The translations under genes were made by a program, and so were the position numbers. A stretch of DNA of 63,527 nucleotides, counting the filler, from Olpidium bornovanus S191 (lineage: Eukaryota; Fungi; Olpidiomycota), in NCBI GenBank assembly GCA_017911155.1. It is 34 parts of 34 records of this genome, joined end to end, with 100 filler letters (N's around TTAATTAATTAA, not from the genome) between each part and the next. Parts side by side here need not be neighbours in the genome. Positions count along the whole stretch, not along the records: positions 12,886 to 15,054 come from JAEFCI010001333.1; positions 15,155 to 17,714 come from JAEFCI010008285.1; positions 17,815 to 19,873 come from JAEFCI010011257.1; positions 19,974 to 20,976 come from JAEFCI010005483.1; positions 21,077 to 22,312 come from JAEFCI010004437.1; positions 22,413 to 24,473 come from JAEFCI010003381.1; 28 more parts are not named here. One strand, given 5' to 3'. Of this stretch, positions 13,584 to 24,573 are shown one piece after another. The notes beneath the pieces were generated by a model, which did not search any database, was not told the DNA's origin, and saw nothing but the letters and a program-made list of their open reading frames with translations. The first letter of the stretch is position 1, and every line of letters starts with the position of its first letter.

Positions 13584-15054
13584 ATGAGCGACGTCGAGGA
13601 CGACGACGCGCAGCTGCAGGGGAGGGTGAAGCTTGCCTGGGGCCAGCAGGTTGACGTGGCTAGGGCGAAACAGAAGGAGATACCGAAGACAAAGCTGCAG
13701 GCTTTTGCCGCTCCTGTGAGGCTGCTGAGCGGGGTGGAGTGCACATTTTGGGCCGCGGGGCGGCCGGTACTTGGGAGCAAACCACGGGGAGAACGTTTTT
13801 GACGGCACCGCCCCCCGCGGCGAACGGATCTTTTGTTTTTTTTCGTGCACGCAACTCCTGTCGCACTGACCCTGCCCACGCGTCTGCCCGCACGCTTGCC
13901 GGGCGTTACTTCTCCCTCCCGGGTGTTGTGCAGCTTCTGAAGAAGGTGAGCCGGCCGGTCCGCCTGTTTGCTCCTGCATCGCGTCGCTCGCAAGGCGTTA
14001 GCCACCTCACCGCGCCTTTGCCGGTATTTTTGTACTTCGGATTTTCCGCAGACGGCGTTCCAAAAGCAGAAGGAAGAGGCTGAAGCGCGGAAGAAGGTGC
14101 GGGAAACTACGCTGTTTGTTCCGTCGCGGGCCTTCAGAGTCGGCCGCGGGGGGACAGTTGCTCACCGACGCCGGTGTCCGCCGTTTCTTGGCGCCCGCTG
14201 TTTCTTGGCGCTCGCTGTGCTCTCTGCGACAACGGGATGTCGTTCCGAAGAAAGAAAATGAGGAAGCCGCGCGGGTTTACGAGGAATTCGTGGCGTCATT
14301 CGACGACGACGGCAGCGCTCCCAAGGCGTTTGTCAGAGCGGGCACTATGAATCCTAAAAGTACGCGAGCCGGGCCTTCAATTCTCGCAGGGCTTCAGGCT
14401 TTGCTTTTGCCGGTTGTTGCTTAGCATCTGGTCGGCGAACACCTGGTCCTATTAGGCATCTACGACGCGGAGGAGGCGGCGGGAAGCAAAAACACTGCCG
14501 GCAGAGGGTCCATCTATGTTCCAATGACGTTCGTCAAAGCCGGTGCGCCAAAAGCGCCCGCCCCGGAGAAGAAACGAGACGAAGAGTCGCGACCGGTAAG
14601 CCCCACCGGTGCTTTTCGCGCTCTGCCGCCAACCTCGCACAGCCGTGACCGTTTTTTGCGCGGGCGCAGGAGCCTAAGGAGGATAAAACGAAGAAGAAGC
14701 GGAACATGGACGCTTTTTTGGAAGAGCTGATGAGGTATTTGCCAGCTCGACTGGACCGCGCGTCAAAACTCATTCACCTGCTTGCGGGCCCCTCTGGAAC
14801 TCTAACGTGTATTTTCTTTTGATCCCAGGGAGCAAGAACAGCGGGAAGACCGATTGCGAAGAAAAATGCCCCGCACAGGTGCGAGACTTGCCGATCATTG
14901 TTCACGGAAAGGGGGTGGGGGGAGAGGGGAAGGCATGTCATTTTTTTCTGATCCTGCAACTAAACAGACGGCGATGGTGAACCGGCGCGGTCTTGTATGT
15001 GGAACTGCCTTGTAACCGCGATCCCCGCAGTTGTTTTTGCCACCGTCCCGTTGC
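13584..15054 (+). CDS. U2SURP: U2 snRNP-associated SURP-motif protein (SR140), N-terminal part
   Basis: KLQAFAAP-LLKK-TAFQKQKEEAEARKK-KENEEAARVYEEFVASF...KAFVRAGTMNP...KKKRNMDAFLEELM; includes a 12-nt exon at 13934-13945. Confidence 0.8.
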
Positions 15055-15574
15055 NNNNNNNNNNNNNNNNNNNNNNNNNNNNNNNNNNNNNNNNNNNNTT
15101 AATTAATTAANNNNNNNNNNNNNNNNNNNNNNNNNNNNNNNNNNNNNNNNNNNNAGTGCCATGATATGTAGTAAGGGAAGGAGTACGTCTATTTTTGTCA
15201 CTCCATCGTTTGTAGAGAACATTTTTACTATTGACTATTGATCTGTCTATAGGAGAAAATTTGAGTATTTTGGTATTCAATTTTTAGCTAAAATTTAATA
15301 TATATCAAGATTTGGCAGAAAAAAATGGCATCAAAAAAGTGTCAGGAGGGGAAAAAACCAAAAAGGGAAAAAAAATAGGCAGCCCAAATGACCAAATTTG
15401 AAGCGCAATTTAAAGGCATTAAAGACACATTTAGGAGCATTTTGATGCATTTGCTGGAAGTTGTGAATTATGACGTAATATGATGTAACATTGGCGGGGT
15501 AAGGAATATCTAGGTTACATTATTGCATTGACCCTCGGGTTGAGGAATATCCAAGGTTGAATTTAAACCCCCAC

Positions 15575-15630
15575 TGTTATAGTCCAACCTGGATATGGCA
15601 AATTCACCATATCCAGGTTGGACTATAACA
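15575..15630. repeat. Perfect 24-bp inverted repeat with 8-nt loop
   Basis: TGTTATAGTCCAACCTGGATATGG (15575-15598), loop CAAATTCA, CCATATCCAGGTTGGACTATAACA (15607-15630). Confidence 0.95.
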
Positions 15631-16213
15631 CCCACCGCCCAACCAGCAGTCAGTTTCCTTATTGCCGCCGCCATTGCCACCGCAAGCTGGTTCTGTTCCC
15701 TCAAAACCCGAACAAATAACCGACTGCGACAGTTACGGGAAATTCAATGTCCCCTTGCAGAGGGAACAGATGATTTTGCCCAACCTCAAAATCGTGCTAG
15801 GACATTGATGCATCATCTTCTCATCCGTACTATTGTTGTTTGGCAGGCGGGGAGCCAAAGGCCCGGTGACATCGCGCAGCAAGTGAACCATCCCAGGAAT
15901 AGTTTGCAGACGCTTCACTGCGCGAACACACGCAAAACAGACACCGCAAGCATCACACGACCGTATAAGAGAAGTTGTGCGCCGCGCGCTCGACATCGTT
16001 GGAAAATTGAAATTTTTAAATTTCGCCTCCAAATTGGACGTCAATGCCGCTCGCCGCGCCGACAAAAACGAGGGCAGTGCCGCCCTGAATTTGCTCCTCC
16101 CACACTTCTCATTCTTCTTACAAAAACAAAAGCTAATTATGATGATTCACGACCTCTCTCGGTTGCAGCAGAATGCGCCGAGGGTTTCCTTGCTAGATTT
16201 CCCGTTTGATGCG

Positions 16214-17186
16214 TCAGTTGTACTGACGGAATTGGTTCTGGCAAGCCCGGAGGTTGTTCAAGTACCACTGCACAAAAATTGGAAGCTTATTTTAATGCAC
16301 GTCCAAGCAGAAACACAACGCCCTCACTTGAACCGAGAAGGCAACGGAAATGTCAGCACCAACCCTTGGCTACCAGAAACTCACCTCGCACATGGTCATA
16401 TCGTTGTTGTACTTCTCAAGGCACGAGGTGAAGGCGCGCGCGTCAGTGTCGCAGCTGCTGAGGTCAGCAGACTGATTCCACTGCTGTTGCGGCTGCGCCG
16501 GGGCCTGCTCTTGCTGCTGCTGCGCGGCGGTTTCCGAAGAGGAACCGTTCCCGCCGAACAAGCCAGATATTCCTGCACCGATAGTGTGTCCTGAAAACGA
16601 CATTCAGTTAGTGCGGTATGCTCATGGGAAGATGGCTTCCCTGGCACCCGTTTCCTGCTGCGCGGCTGGCGCGCTGAACTTACCGACTGCGGAGCCAACA
16701 GCAACACCCTATAAGGGAGGGGGGGACCGGAAAAGGGAGAAAACGAAAAAAGAACGGCAGATATTCAGCACTGCTGCTTAGCGCCAGCTTTGAGGGTCGA
16801 GAGAAAACAACCTGTCGCTGCCAGCCCGCGAATTGCGCTCCAAAAAGAAACGCGTCAACGAATAAAAACAGCGGAGCGCGGCAGCTTCCAGCAATATAAC
16901 CCTTGCCAAGGTCGTCGACCGAGCGAAACGGCCTCAACGGGCAGAGACTACAAGCGCCGGCGCAAAAACGGGCGGCGCCAAGTCTTCGGGTGACACTTAC
17001 CGCAGCGGTGGAGGCCATCTGCGCGAAAAGGCCCGGCTGCTGCGGCTGAGGGGCGGGGGCGACGGCGGGCGGCGGGCGCGCAGCCGGCGGGTGGGCCGGC
17101 ACCGAAGTCTTCGCCGCAGGGCGGGAAGCAGCCGCGGTCGGGCGGCGGGAGGCTGACGACGAGCGGGAGCGTCCGCTGCGGGCCAT
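16214..17186 (-). CDS. MIX17: Mitochondrial CHCHD2/CHCHD10-family protein Mix17, complete, 4 exons
   Basis: MARSGRSR...[35 protein letters not shown]...CDTDARAFTSCLEKYNNDMTMCE-WYLNNLRACQNQFRQYN* (twin CX9C). Confidence 0.92.
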
Positions 17187-17367
17187 GGCTTCTTCCTTCG
17201 GCGGGGTTCTCGCGGGTTCTCTGGACGGGAATCGGCGGCTGCCTGTCGACGCAACAGGGGCGGTGTTTGTGGGGGAGGAAAGGGAAGAGAGGTGGAAAGA
17301 AAGAAGGGCGGAAGGCACCCCTGCGAGGGAGAGGGCGGGCTGGGGCTTTTAAACAGAGGTGGAAACG

Positions 17368-17379
17368 GGTCACGTGACC
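17368..17379. promoter_or_regulatory. Palindromic E-box GGTCACGTGACC
   Basis: Identical to the 13484 motif; about 180 nt upstream of the MIX17 ATG. Confidence 0.55.
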
Positions 17380-17590
17380 GTAACCCTCCTGCGTGCCCCA
17401 GGAGATTGATCGGGGGGCGGGTGGTTGGCTCGTGCGCGCGAAAAAATTTTTTTTCTTTCTTCTTTTTTCTTCGTTCTTCGAATCGCCAGTTTGCATTTGC
17501 GCGGATCGGCCTCACCCGCACCCCCCGGAGCTCTCCGACGGCGACAAAAACAAGGAAAAAAAAAAAAAAAAAAAAAAAGAAAAAGAAAAG

Positions 17591-17714
17591 GGCCATGGTC
17601 GTCATCATCACAAACACCTTCATTGGATACTTCCAAGAGTACCGTGCCGAGAAGACGATGGAATCCCTTCGGAATCTTACGTGTCCTACGGCTTTGGTTG
17701 TTCGTGAAGGTGCC
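17591..17714 (+). CDS. P-type II cation ATPase (ENA Na+/K+-type likely), TM2/actuator fragment
   Basis: MVVIITNTFIGYFQEYRAEKTMESLRNLTCPTALVVREG fits the N..IGF.QEY.AEKTM.SLR.L..P.A.V.R.G motif. Confidence 0.75.
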
Positions 17715-19681
17715 NNNNNNNNNNNNNNNNNNNNNNNNNNNNNNNNNNNNNNNNNNNNTTAATTAATTAANNNNNNNNNNNNNNNNNNNNNNNNNNNNNN
17801 NNNNNNNNNNNNNNCACCTCCACCTCACCACGGCGGAAATACACAATAGCAACACAAAAGGTTAAACGGAATGGAGTCCACTATTTTTTTTTCCGACAGT
17901 CCCGCCATTCAGGACGTGTTGGACAATACGGACTCTCTTGAGGGGCTTTGCGCGCCGGCCTTGGTGGCGTCACCGCACGTTCTCCTTCCAGGTTGGGGGG
18001 TGAAGAAGGAGGCTTTGCCTTCCTCCGGCGTGCCCCCGAGTCCACCAGGCATGGCCGTTGGGCCAAATCACGGTTGCCGCGGCCACGTCGGTCATTCCTT
18101 CTCTTCTCCTCTCCCGGTTCTGCGGAGTCGCGGTTTGCGCTCATGGTTCCTTTTCTCGCGCGGACACCGACGGACGGCGGAAGGCGTGGGCGCGGGGTTT
18201 TCGCGCAGTTGCCGACGCGGGCTGTTGCACACAGTGCGTCCACGGCTCAGCCCCCTCTTTTACTTCTGCACGGAGCGCCCTTGTCCGACCCCCTCCCTAT
18301 CCCGGACTCCCTTTAAAAACGGGAGCGGGGGGAACCCCGTCGCGCCCTGTCCACACGAAAACGCGCGCGCAAATTTTTCGCCCCTTTACCTCCCCTTTCC
18401 TCCTTTCAACCGTCTCACCCTCTCTCACCCTTCCCTTCCCCTTCCTCGCCCCCTTCGTTCCCCGCCCTTCCCCGCCCGGTCACGGTTCCCCGCCGCTCCC
18501 TCCCTCCCTCACGTCGCCGCACCAACCCCACGGAACCCCCGCCGCCTTCCCACTCTCTGGGTTTCCGTCCGCGTGTGGTCGTGGGCGGTACCCGCCCCTT
18601 TCGCCTCAGATGCTTTCTCGCCCGTGTATGATAGGTATGCTAAAATTAAATTTTCTTTTTTACCTGTCAGCCGTGTTGGCGGGGGGTTTCGCCGCTGGTC
18701 AAGAAACTTGCGCGACGCCAACCCAAGACAGAGCAGGGTGCGGCGGCGAAACACCTATTTCCTCCCTCCCACACTGCCCCCTCAATAGCTCGGTCCCCGC
18801 CGCCGTGCCGACCTCTTATCGGCCGTCCCGTTGGACGGCGACGTCGACAAGGTGGCGGCATTTTGTCTGAACTCCTCTCCAGGAGCGGCTGAATGCCCTT
18901 GCGGGATAAGGACGGGTTGGAAAACAGGCGCCCTCCTCCGGTCGAAAACCCGCGGTTTTTCGGCGACGTGGGTCCGGCTTTGGAAAGCAAGGGACCCGAT
19001 CTGCCTCTATCGCGTCGGAGGTGTCCCCGAGCCGGAGCGCTATCCGCGGCGGATCCCGAAACGTTTGCGTGCGACAGACGTTCCTGGGATGTGCCGGCTG
19101 TTTTCAGCTGGTACGGGCGCACGAAAACGGCAAACACTTCGAGCAACGGCGCGAACGGACTTCGAGGACATCCAGCTGCCTCCGCAAATCTCCGGACTTG
19201 CGTCGGGCGAAGGCCTCTTGGCGAACAAAAAAGTCCCATCCCGAAAAAAAAGTCCACCTGATGGAGATTGACTCCCCCGTCGTTGCCCACGTTGCAATTC
19301 TGTCTACGTGAACGCCAGTAGACGGATTTGCCTTGCGAAAAACTGCGATGTCTCGAAGGGTTATGCGGCAGATGAAAACTGCAACTAAACACAAATGGGG
19401 CCCGAGAGTGATGAAAAATGGGCCTCCGAACTTGGTTTAAAAAAAAATAAAAGCCTGGTCAGGTTTTGCGCTGGCCCTTAGAGTAGAGCCCTCAGAGAAG
19501 CGGGTTTTCTGATCGCCTACTTCAGTCACAACGTTATAGTGGACGGCCCGTCGTGGACCGTACGCCGCGAGGCATAAGTCTCCTAAAATTCTGATGGCAC
19601 TCGCCAAAAAACCGACGGCTCCACTCAAAATTGGATGTTACCCCCACCCCCCTTTCCCCCATGCTAATAATTTTTTCTACC

Positions 19682-19873
19682 TCACCGCCCAGACATGCTG
19701 AAATCATAGTCGATGGTGGGTAAGACCGAGCTCATAAACTTGAGGAACAGGACCAGGTATTGGTCGACGCGAAGCGGCTCCCCTCCTTCGCGTTCCGCGT
19801 ACCGCTCGACGATTCGCTTCATGACGCTGGCGTGGCGGCACGGGTGCACCGACGCCATCGCCAGGTCCAGGTG
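19682..19873 (-). CDS. ATG3: Autophagy E2-like enzyme Atg3, last exon
   Basis: [23 protein letters not shown]...[30 protein letters not shown]; catalytic HPC motif. Not in the supplied ORF track. Confidence 0.93.
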   Translation of the reverse strand, partial: HLDLAMASVHPCRHASVMKRIVERYAEREGGEPLRVDQYLVLFLKFMSSVLPTIDYDFSMSGR

Positions 19874-20563
19874 NNNNNNNNNNNNNNNNNNNNNNNNNNN
19901 NNNNNNNNNNNNNNNNNTTAATTAATTAANNNNNNNNNNNNNNNNNNNNNNNNNNNNNNNNNNNNNNNNNNNNCCCTTCCGCCGTTTCCGCTCCTGCGCT
20001 AGAATACAAATTTGGGCAGCGTCGTCCCCGAACCAAAGAAAACAACAAAAATTGATCCCGTTTTCGAAAAGAATGCTGGGCTCTACGTGCGATTTTTTTT
20101 TGTTCTTGCTGGCGTACGGCTCCCCGCGAGGGAGGGAGGGAGGGAGGAGGAGGAAGAGGGGGGTTTTGATATTTATTGGGGGATTTTTTTTTTTCTTCCG
20201 CAAGCCGGCGGCAGCAACCACAAATCACACCCCGCCCCTGTCGAAGAACAAAAGAAAAAGGAGGTGCTGGATTCCTGCCTCATGGTCAATAAGCACTGCT
20301 CCGAAAGGACATCCAGATGGCAACATCATTCAGGGAGCCAGCCCATGTCAGTTCCCTTGCCCTTATCGGCAACGGTAGGAAGGGGTTTTTTGTTGAATGT
20401 CTTCGCTCAGAAATGCGTTTCGAGCTGGGACTCCCGCCGGCGACTTGAAACAAAAAAAAAAAAAACCACCTATTTTCCGTATTTGTGCATACAAGACATT
20501 GCATGCACTTCGATTCCACCAAAAGTAGCCATCGTAGTTGAGCAAAGAATAAATGGTCATACC

Positions 20564-20641
20564 TTTTCCGTGTGGCGCAACTGGTTAGCGCGTCCGGCAG
20601 TGTTAACCGGGAGGTTGGCAGTTCAATCCTGCCCGGGAGTG
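20564..20641 (+). pseudogene. tRNA-Asn(GTT)-like gene with two 2-nt insertions (probable tRNA pseudogene)
   Basis: A box TGGCGCAACTGG, D stem GCGC/GCGC, anticodon stem TCCGG/CCGGG with 9-nt loop CAGTGTTAA, perfect T arm GGCAG-TTCAATC-CTGCC, weak acceptor TTTTCCG/CGGGAGT, T5 run at about 20648. Confidence 0.75.
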
Positions 20642-20821
20642 ATGTAATTTTTGCACCTGCGTGTTTTGTTTTCGACCGTGCAAAAGTGACCGTGCAGAAG
20701 CCGGAGGCCCTTCTACAGGCGGAAACCCGCCTCCTCCCTTTTTTTTTTTTTTCCTAACCGGGGGGGTTTTTTTTTTCATTTATTGTTTTATTTATTTTAT
20801 TCTGGGGTTTCGGGCGGGGAG

Positions 20822-20867
<46 letters not shown>

Positions 20868-20906
20868 CAACCAAAAACAAAACCGCCCCGTCTCTTCCTT
20901 GCCCCG

Positions 20907-20961
<55 letters not shown>

Positions 20962-21250
20962 CCCCCGCCCCCCCCGNNNNNNNNNNNNNNNNNNNNNNNN
21001 NNNNNNNNNNNNNNNNNNNNTTAATTAATTAANNNNNNNNNNNNNNNNNNNNNNNNNNNNNNNNNNNNNNNNNNNNCATGTCGACGTACTGTCAGCAATG
21101 GCACATCTTTGGAGGCTTGCGTTGGCTGGCAGAGGCTGCGCTTTGACAACGGTCAAACGAGGTTCATCAGTGAAACGCGCCAAGGAGCATTGTCCAGCAA
21201 GGGGGAGGGGGAGATGAAAACAACTAGGGCGTGGGGAGGAAGGGGCCCTG

Positions 21251-22051
21251 CCATCAGCGAAGCACGTGTGACGTGATGATTGAGTTAAGGAGTGGTCAAG
21301 GCGATATACCCAAATTTGTGCAATAACAGGAATGCGACGTAGCTCAAAATGGGGGAACGCGGGGGGGGGGGGGGGGGGGGGGGGAGGAAGGCCCGGCCGC
21401 AGGTCCCTGCATCCGGACCGCTTGGGCGCAGCTTTCCTATCCGGCGAAACATTCGTTAAAAAGTTACCGGCGCTATGTATGAGACACTGGGGGTGTGGGG
21501 CTCGGCCGTTTGGGCAAGAAGAAGCGGCGATTTGCACACGCAGAAGTCCGAAGAGTGTTTTGGGTGCTTTCCCGGCACCGCAATACGTTGCGCCATTTGC
21601 GCGATTGGGGCTCTCACGGTTTAAGATGGGCGCGCAGATCAAGAAAACTTTTGCACACATGCCGGCCGAAAATGAAGGTACCTGCAAACTCTGCCCCGCT
21701 GTCGTTCTTCAACACGACACATGGATTCCTGAACAGATTCCGTGAGGGGTGATGGGGGTTTTGGGGGGGGGGGGGGGGAGGGGGGGGGTAGAGGGGAAAG
21801 GCAGTGTGATATAGTCGCATCAACTCCATAAGCGCAGCCGAACAGAGGGGCCCCGGGTTCGGGCAGGACAAAAACAAGTGATGCGAAAATGAACTGTCGG
21901 AAATAACAGACGTGGGGGGGAGAGGGGGGTAAGAGGAGACGTACCATCAGCGAAGAACGCGTGAGTTGATGATTAAGTTAAGGAGAGATCAAGGTGATGC
22001 GCCAAATTTGTGCAATAACAGGAGATGGAAGAGACCCAAAATGGAAAAACG
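21251..22051. repeat. Diverged direct repeat, cores 21251-21359 and 21944-22051
   Basis: About 12 differences over the first ~81 nt (hand count); identical 22-mer CCAAATTTGTGCAATAACAGGA; weaker similarity continues in the flanks. Confidence 0.85.
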
Positions 22052-22412
22052 GTAAAAAAAAAATCCATCCGCTGGTCATTCGTCCAGACCACTTGGTGGG
22101 AGGAGAGGGAAGGGGGGGTGGGGTATGGCGAGCAAATTTCGGGCCCAGTTTCTTTTTTTGCCGTTTGGTAATAAGCGAGTCACTCCTCGACCATGCAGAT
22201 GTCAATGGCGCAGGTATCCGCGGGTTGCACAGGCCTTGCGGCCAATTTGGCCAAAAACGCCGCGAATTTCTGGATAGCCGCCGACGCGGACTTGCCAAAG
22301 AACGGCTGGAAANNNNNNNNNNNNNNNNNNNNNNNNNNNNNNNNNNNNNNNNNNNNTTAATTAATTAANNNNNNNNNNNNNNNNNNNNNNNNNNNNNNNN
22401 NNNNNNNNNNNN

Positions 22413-23865
22413 ATCTGCTCATCGATAATTTTGTGACGTTCGTCCTCCAACTTCTTCCGGTAACGGAATTCACGCGTATTCACACGAACGCCTTGAGAAT
22501 TGTATACGGGCTCTGGTGACGGAGATCTGCATGTTGAGAAGTAAACCGAAGACGTTAAGAATAAATAGATCAGTGTGCTTTCGATGTGATCTTGTGGGCA
22601 AACTCACCGTTTGCCGTCCGGAGGTACGACGTCTCCCGTTCGCAATTTTTTTCCAATTTCTTCAAGCCTGATATGCGCTAGAAAGTCAAAGACAATCAGA
22701 ATGAGAAATAGTTATATTTTTTTAGCAAAAAAAAAAGTGTGGTGTCGTCGCTCCTACCTAAGTACGAGTCCAATTGTTCCTTGGACATTCCAGTGGGTAG
22801 AGCAGTGGGCATTCCAGGGATAACGACCTTTTCGGTTTCTCCACCCCAGCGGCTGCGCTTTTTACGTTTGCCTCCATCATCCGCTGTTCAATAAGGTTGA
22901 GAACCAGTGAGATAGAAAAATTCCAAAATAAACAACGTGGGTCAGAGAGATAAAGTTAGCAATTTTCGCGTTCCCGTTAGTAGTTAAAGCGTCTCCAGGG
23001 CGATGGGTAGATCCAAGTGATACGGGCACCAAAAAATCCGAATGGTTGCCGTCCGGGTTAGTCACCAAAACCGCCCCCTCGCCCGCCGAGGTTGCTTATC
23101 AGCGGTTTGTTAGCCTCTGAACAGCAACGCAGGCTTAAACGTTCACATTGCCCTGCAGACAAAGCGGGACCGCTGTGGACCCTCGCGGACGAGGGTTCGG
23201 GCGGTGACGAGCTCCACGGTGCACGTTGCACGCGGCTACGCGACTGGTGCAAGCCAGCCCGTTGGCCCGTTTCCAGCGCGCAGCTTCCACAATCCCAGAT
23301 GCCAATGATAAAATGGCCGGCCGAGAGCGCCAGGAGAGGGGAAGAGGCCGAGTTTGTGCAGCCGACGAAGGGGAAAAGTCGAGTCGTGCCGCAAAAGCGA
23401 GGGAGAGCACGTAAGACAGCACACGGCGGAGCGGTGGAAAGCGGTTACCACATTACCTGGCTGCTCCTTCTTCGCGTCAGGAGAGCGCGAGCGGCCACGG
23501 CTTCCGCCGTACTGGCCAGCATCCGAATTTCCCAAATGCGCGGAGTATCCGCCGTAGCCGCCGGGGCCGGTGAGAGCCTGGTGATTGTTCATAGCGACGC
23601 CGACCTTGTATCCCCCGTATCCACCGGCGGCCCCGTAAAGCTCGCCGGCGCCGTTGCCACCGTAGTCATTTCCGCCGTAGGCTTCCCCTCCTTCCCGGCC
23701 AGCGCCAGCGTCCTGGTCGTAGTTCTGGCCGAAGCGCCTCTTGTTCCCGAGAGGCGCGGTATTCGCTCCGGTAACGGCTTCGGCGGTGCGGCACGAGCCC
23801 ATGCCTCCCATACCCCACGGCGCCGGAACTGCGCGCCTGTCTGCTTCGCCCCTGCGTTCTTGCAT
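22413..23865 (-). CDS. MSL5: Branchpoint-bridging protein / splicing factor 1 (3' partial)
   Basis: Fungal N-terminus [16 protein letters not shown], Gly/Tyr-rich exon to 23457, intron 23456-22884, then [14 protein letters not shown] (ULM)...[74 protein letters not shown]. Start ATG could be 23865, 23811 or 23802. Confidence 0.93.
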
Positions 23866-24573
23866 CTGGACTACCCCTAAGCTCCGGATTGAGGAAGGAT
23901 ACTGAGGCACGCAGGTCGTGGAGACGCGCGATGTGCCGGGGAAAGGGAGCTCTTTTTTGGGGAGGAAAAGCAAGGGGGGTGCCTCGGCGGAGGAGGGGGT
24001 TGGAGGAAATTTGTGCTGCGGAGCGAGTGGGAAAGTCACGTGCCCTCCTCGCCTGCACCGTCGCCAGCAGTCCCAATATAGAGCGAAGAGGAAACTTGAA
24101 CAGGCAATCGAGGCACTTTTTCCTTTTCCGGGGAAAGCGCCGCGTGTTGACTCCGAAGTCTCCGCTCGGGGGTGATCAGCGCTCCAGGAGGCATTACAGT
24201 AATATGCGACCACACAATTCTCGGTGGAAAAAAAAAAAGAAAAAGAAAAAGTGCACTGCCACTTCGCACCTTCTACAAGGACACCAGAAATACTTACAGC
24301 TCCTAGTGCAAGACTTCTACTGGGGAAGCGCAAAAAAACAACTTCTATTGCGCTTTCTCTCACTGGTTTGCACTGAATTGCCAGATGGGCGCCTTCAACG
24401 GCTGAATATGAAATTGGTCTTGGCGGTGGGAAAATGGACATAACCACGCAAACCGCGAGCAATCAAAGGCATGNNNNNNNNNNNNNNNNNNNNNNNNNNN
24501 NNNNNNNNNNNNNNNNNTTAATTAATTAANNNNNNNNNNNNNNNNNNNNNNNNNNNNNNNNNNNNNNNNNNNN

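Noticed and set aside
17432-17450. CGCGCGAAAA E2F/SBF-like sites near several promoters
   Set aside because: CGCG and A/T runs are too common in this genome to show enrichment by eye.
21273-21359. RTGATGA box C in both copies of the contig-13 repeat (and near 38265) as C/D snoRNAs
   Set aside because: No CTGA box D at a suitable distance on the same strand and no terminal stem.
24298-24302. Possible 5-nt micro-exon (TAG|GAGCT|GTAAGT) upstream of MSL5
   Set aside because: No splice combination puts it in frame with the BBP reading frame, and its parent gene could not be identified.
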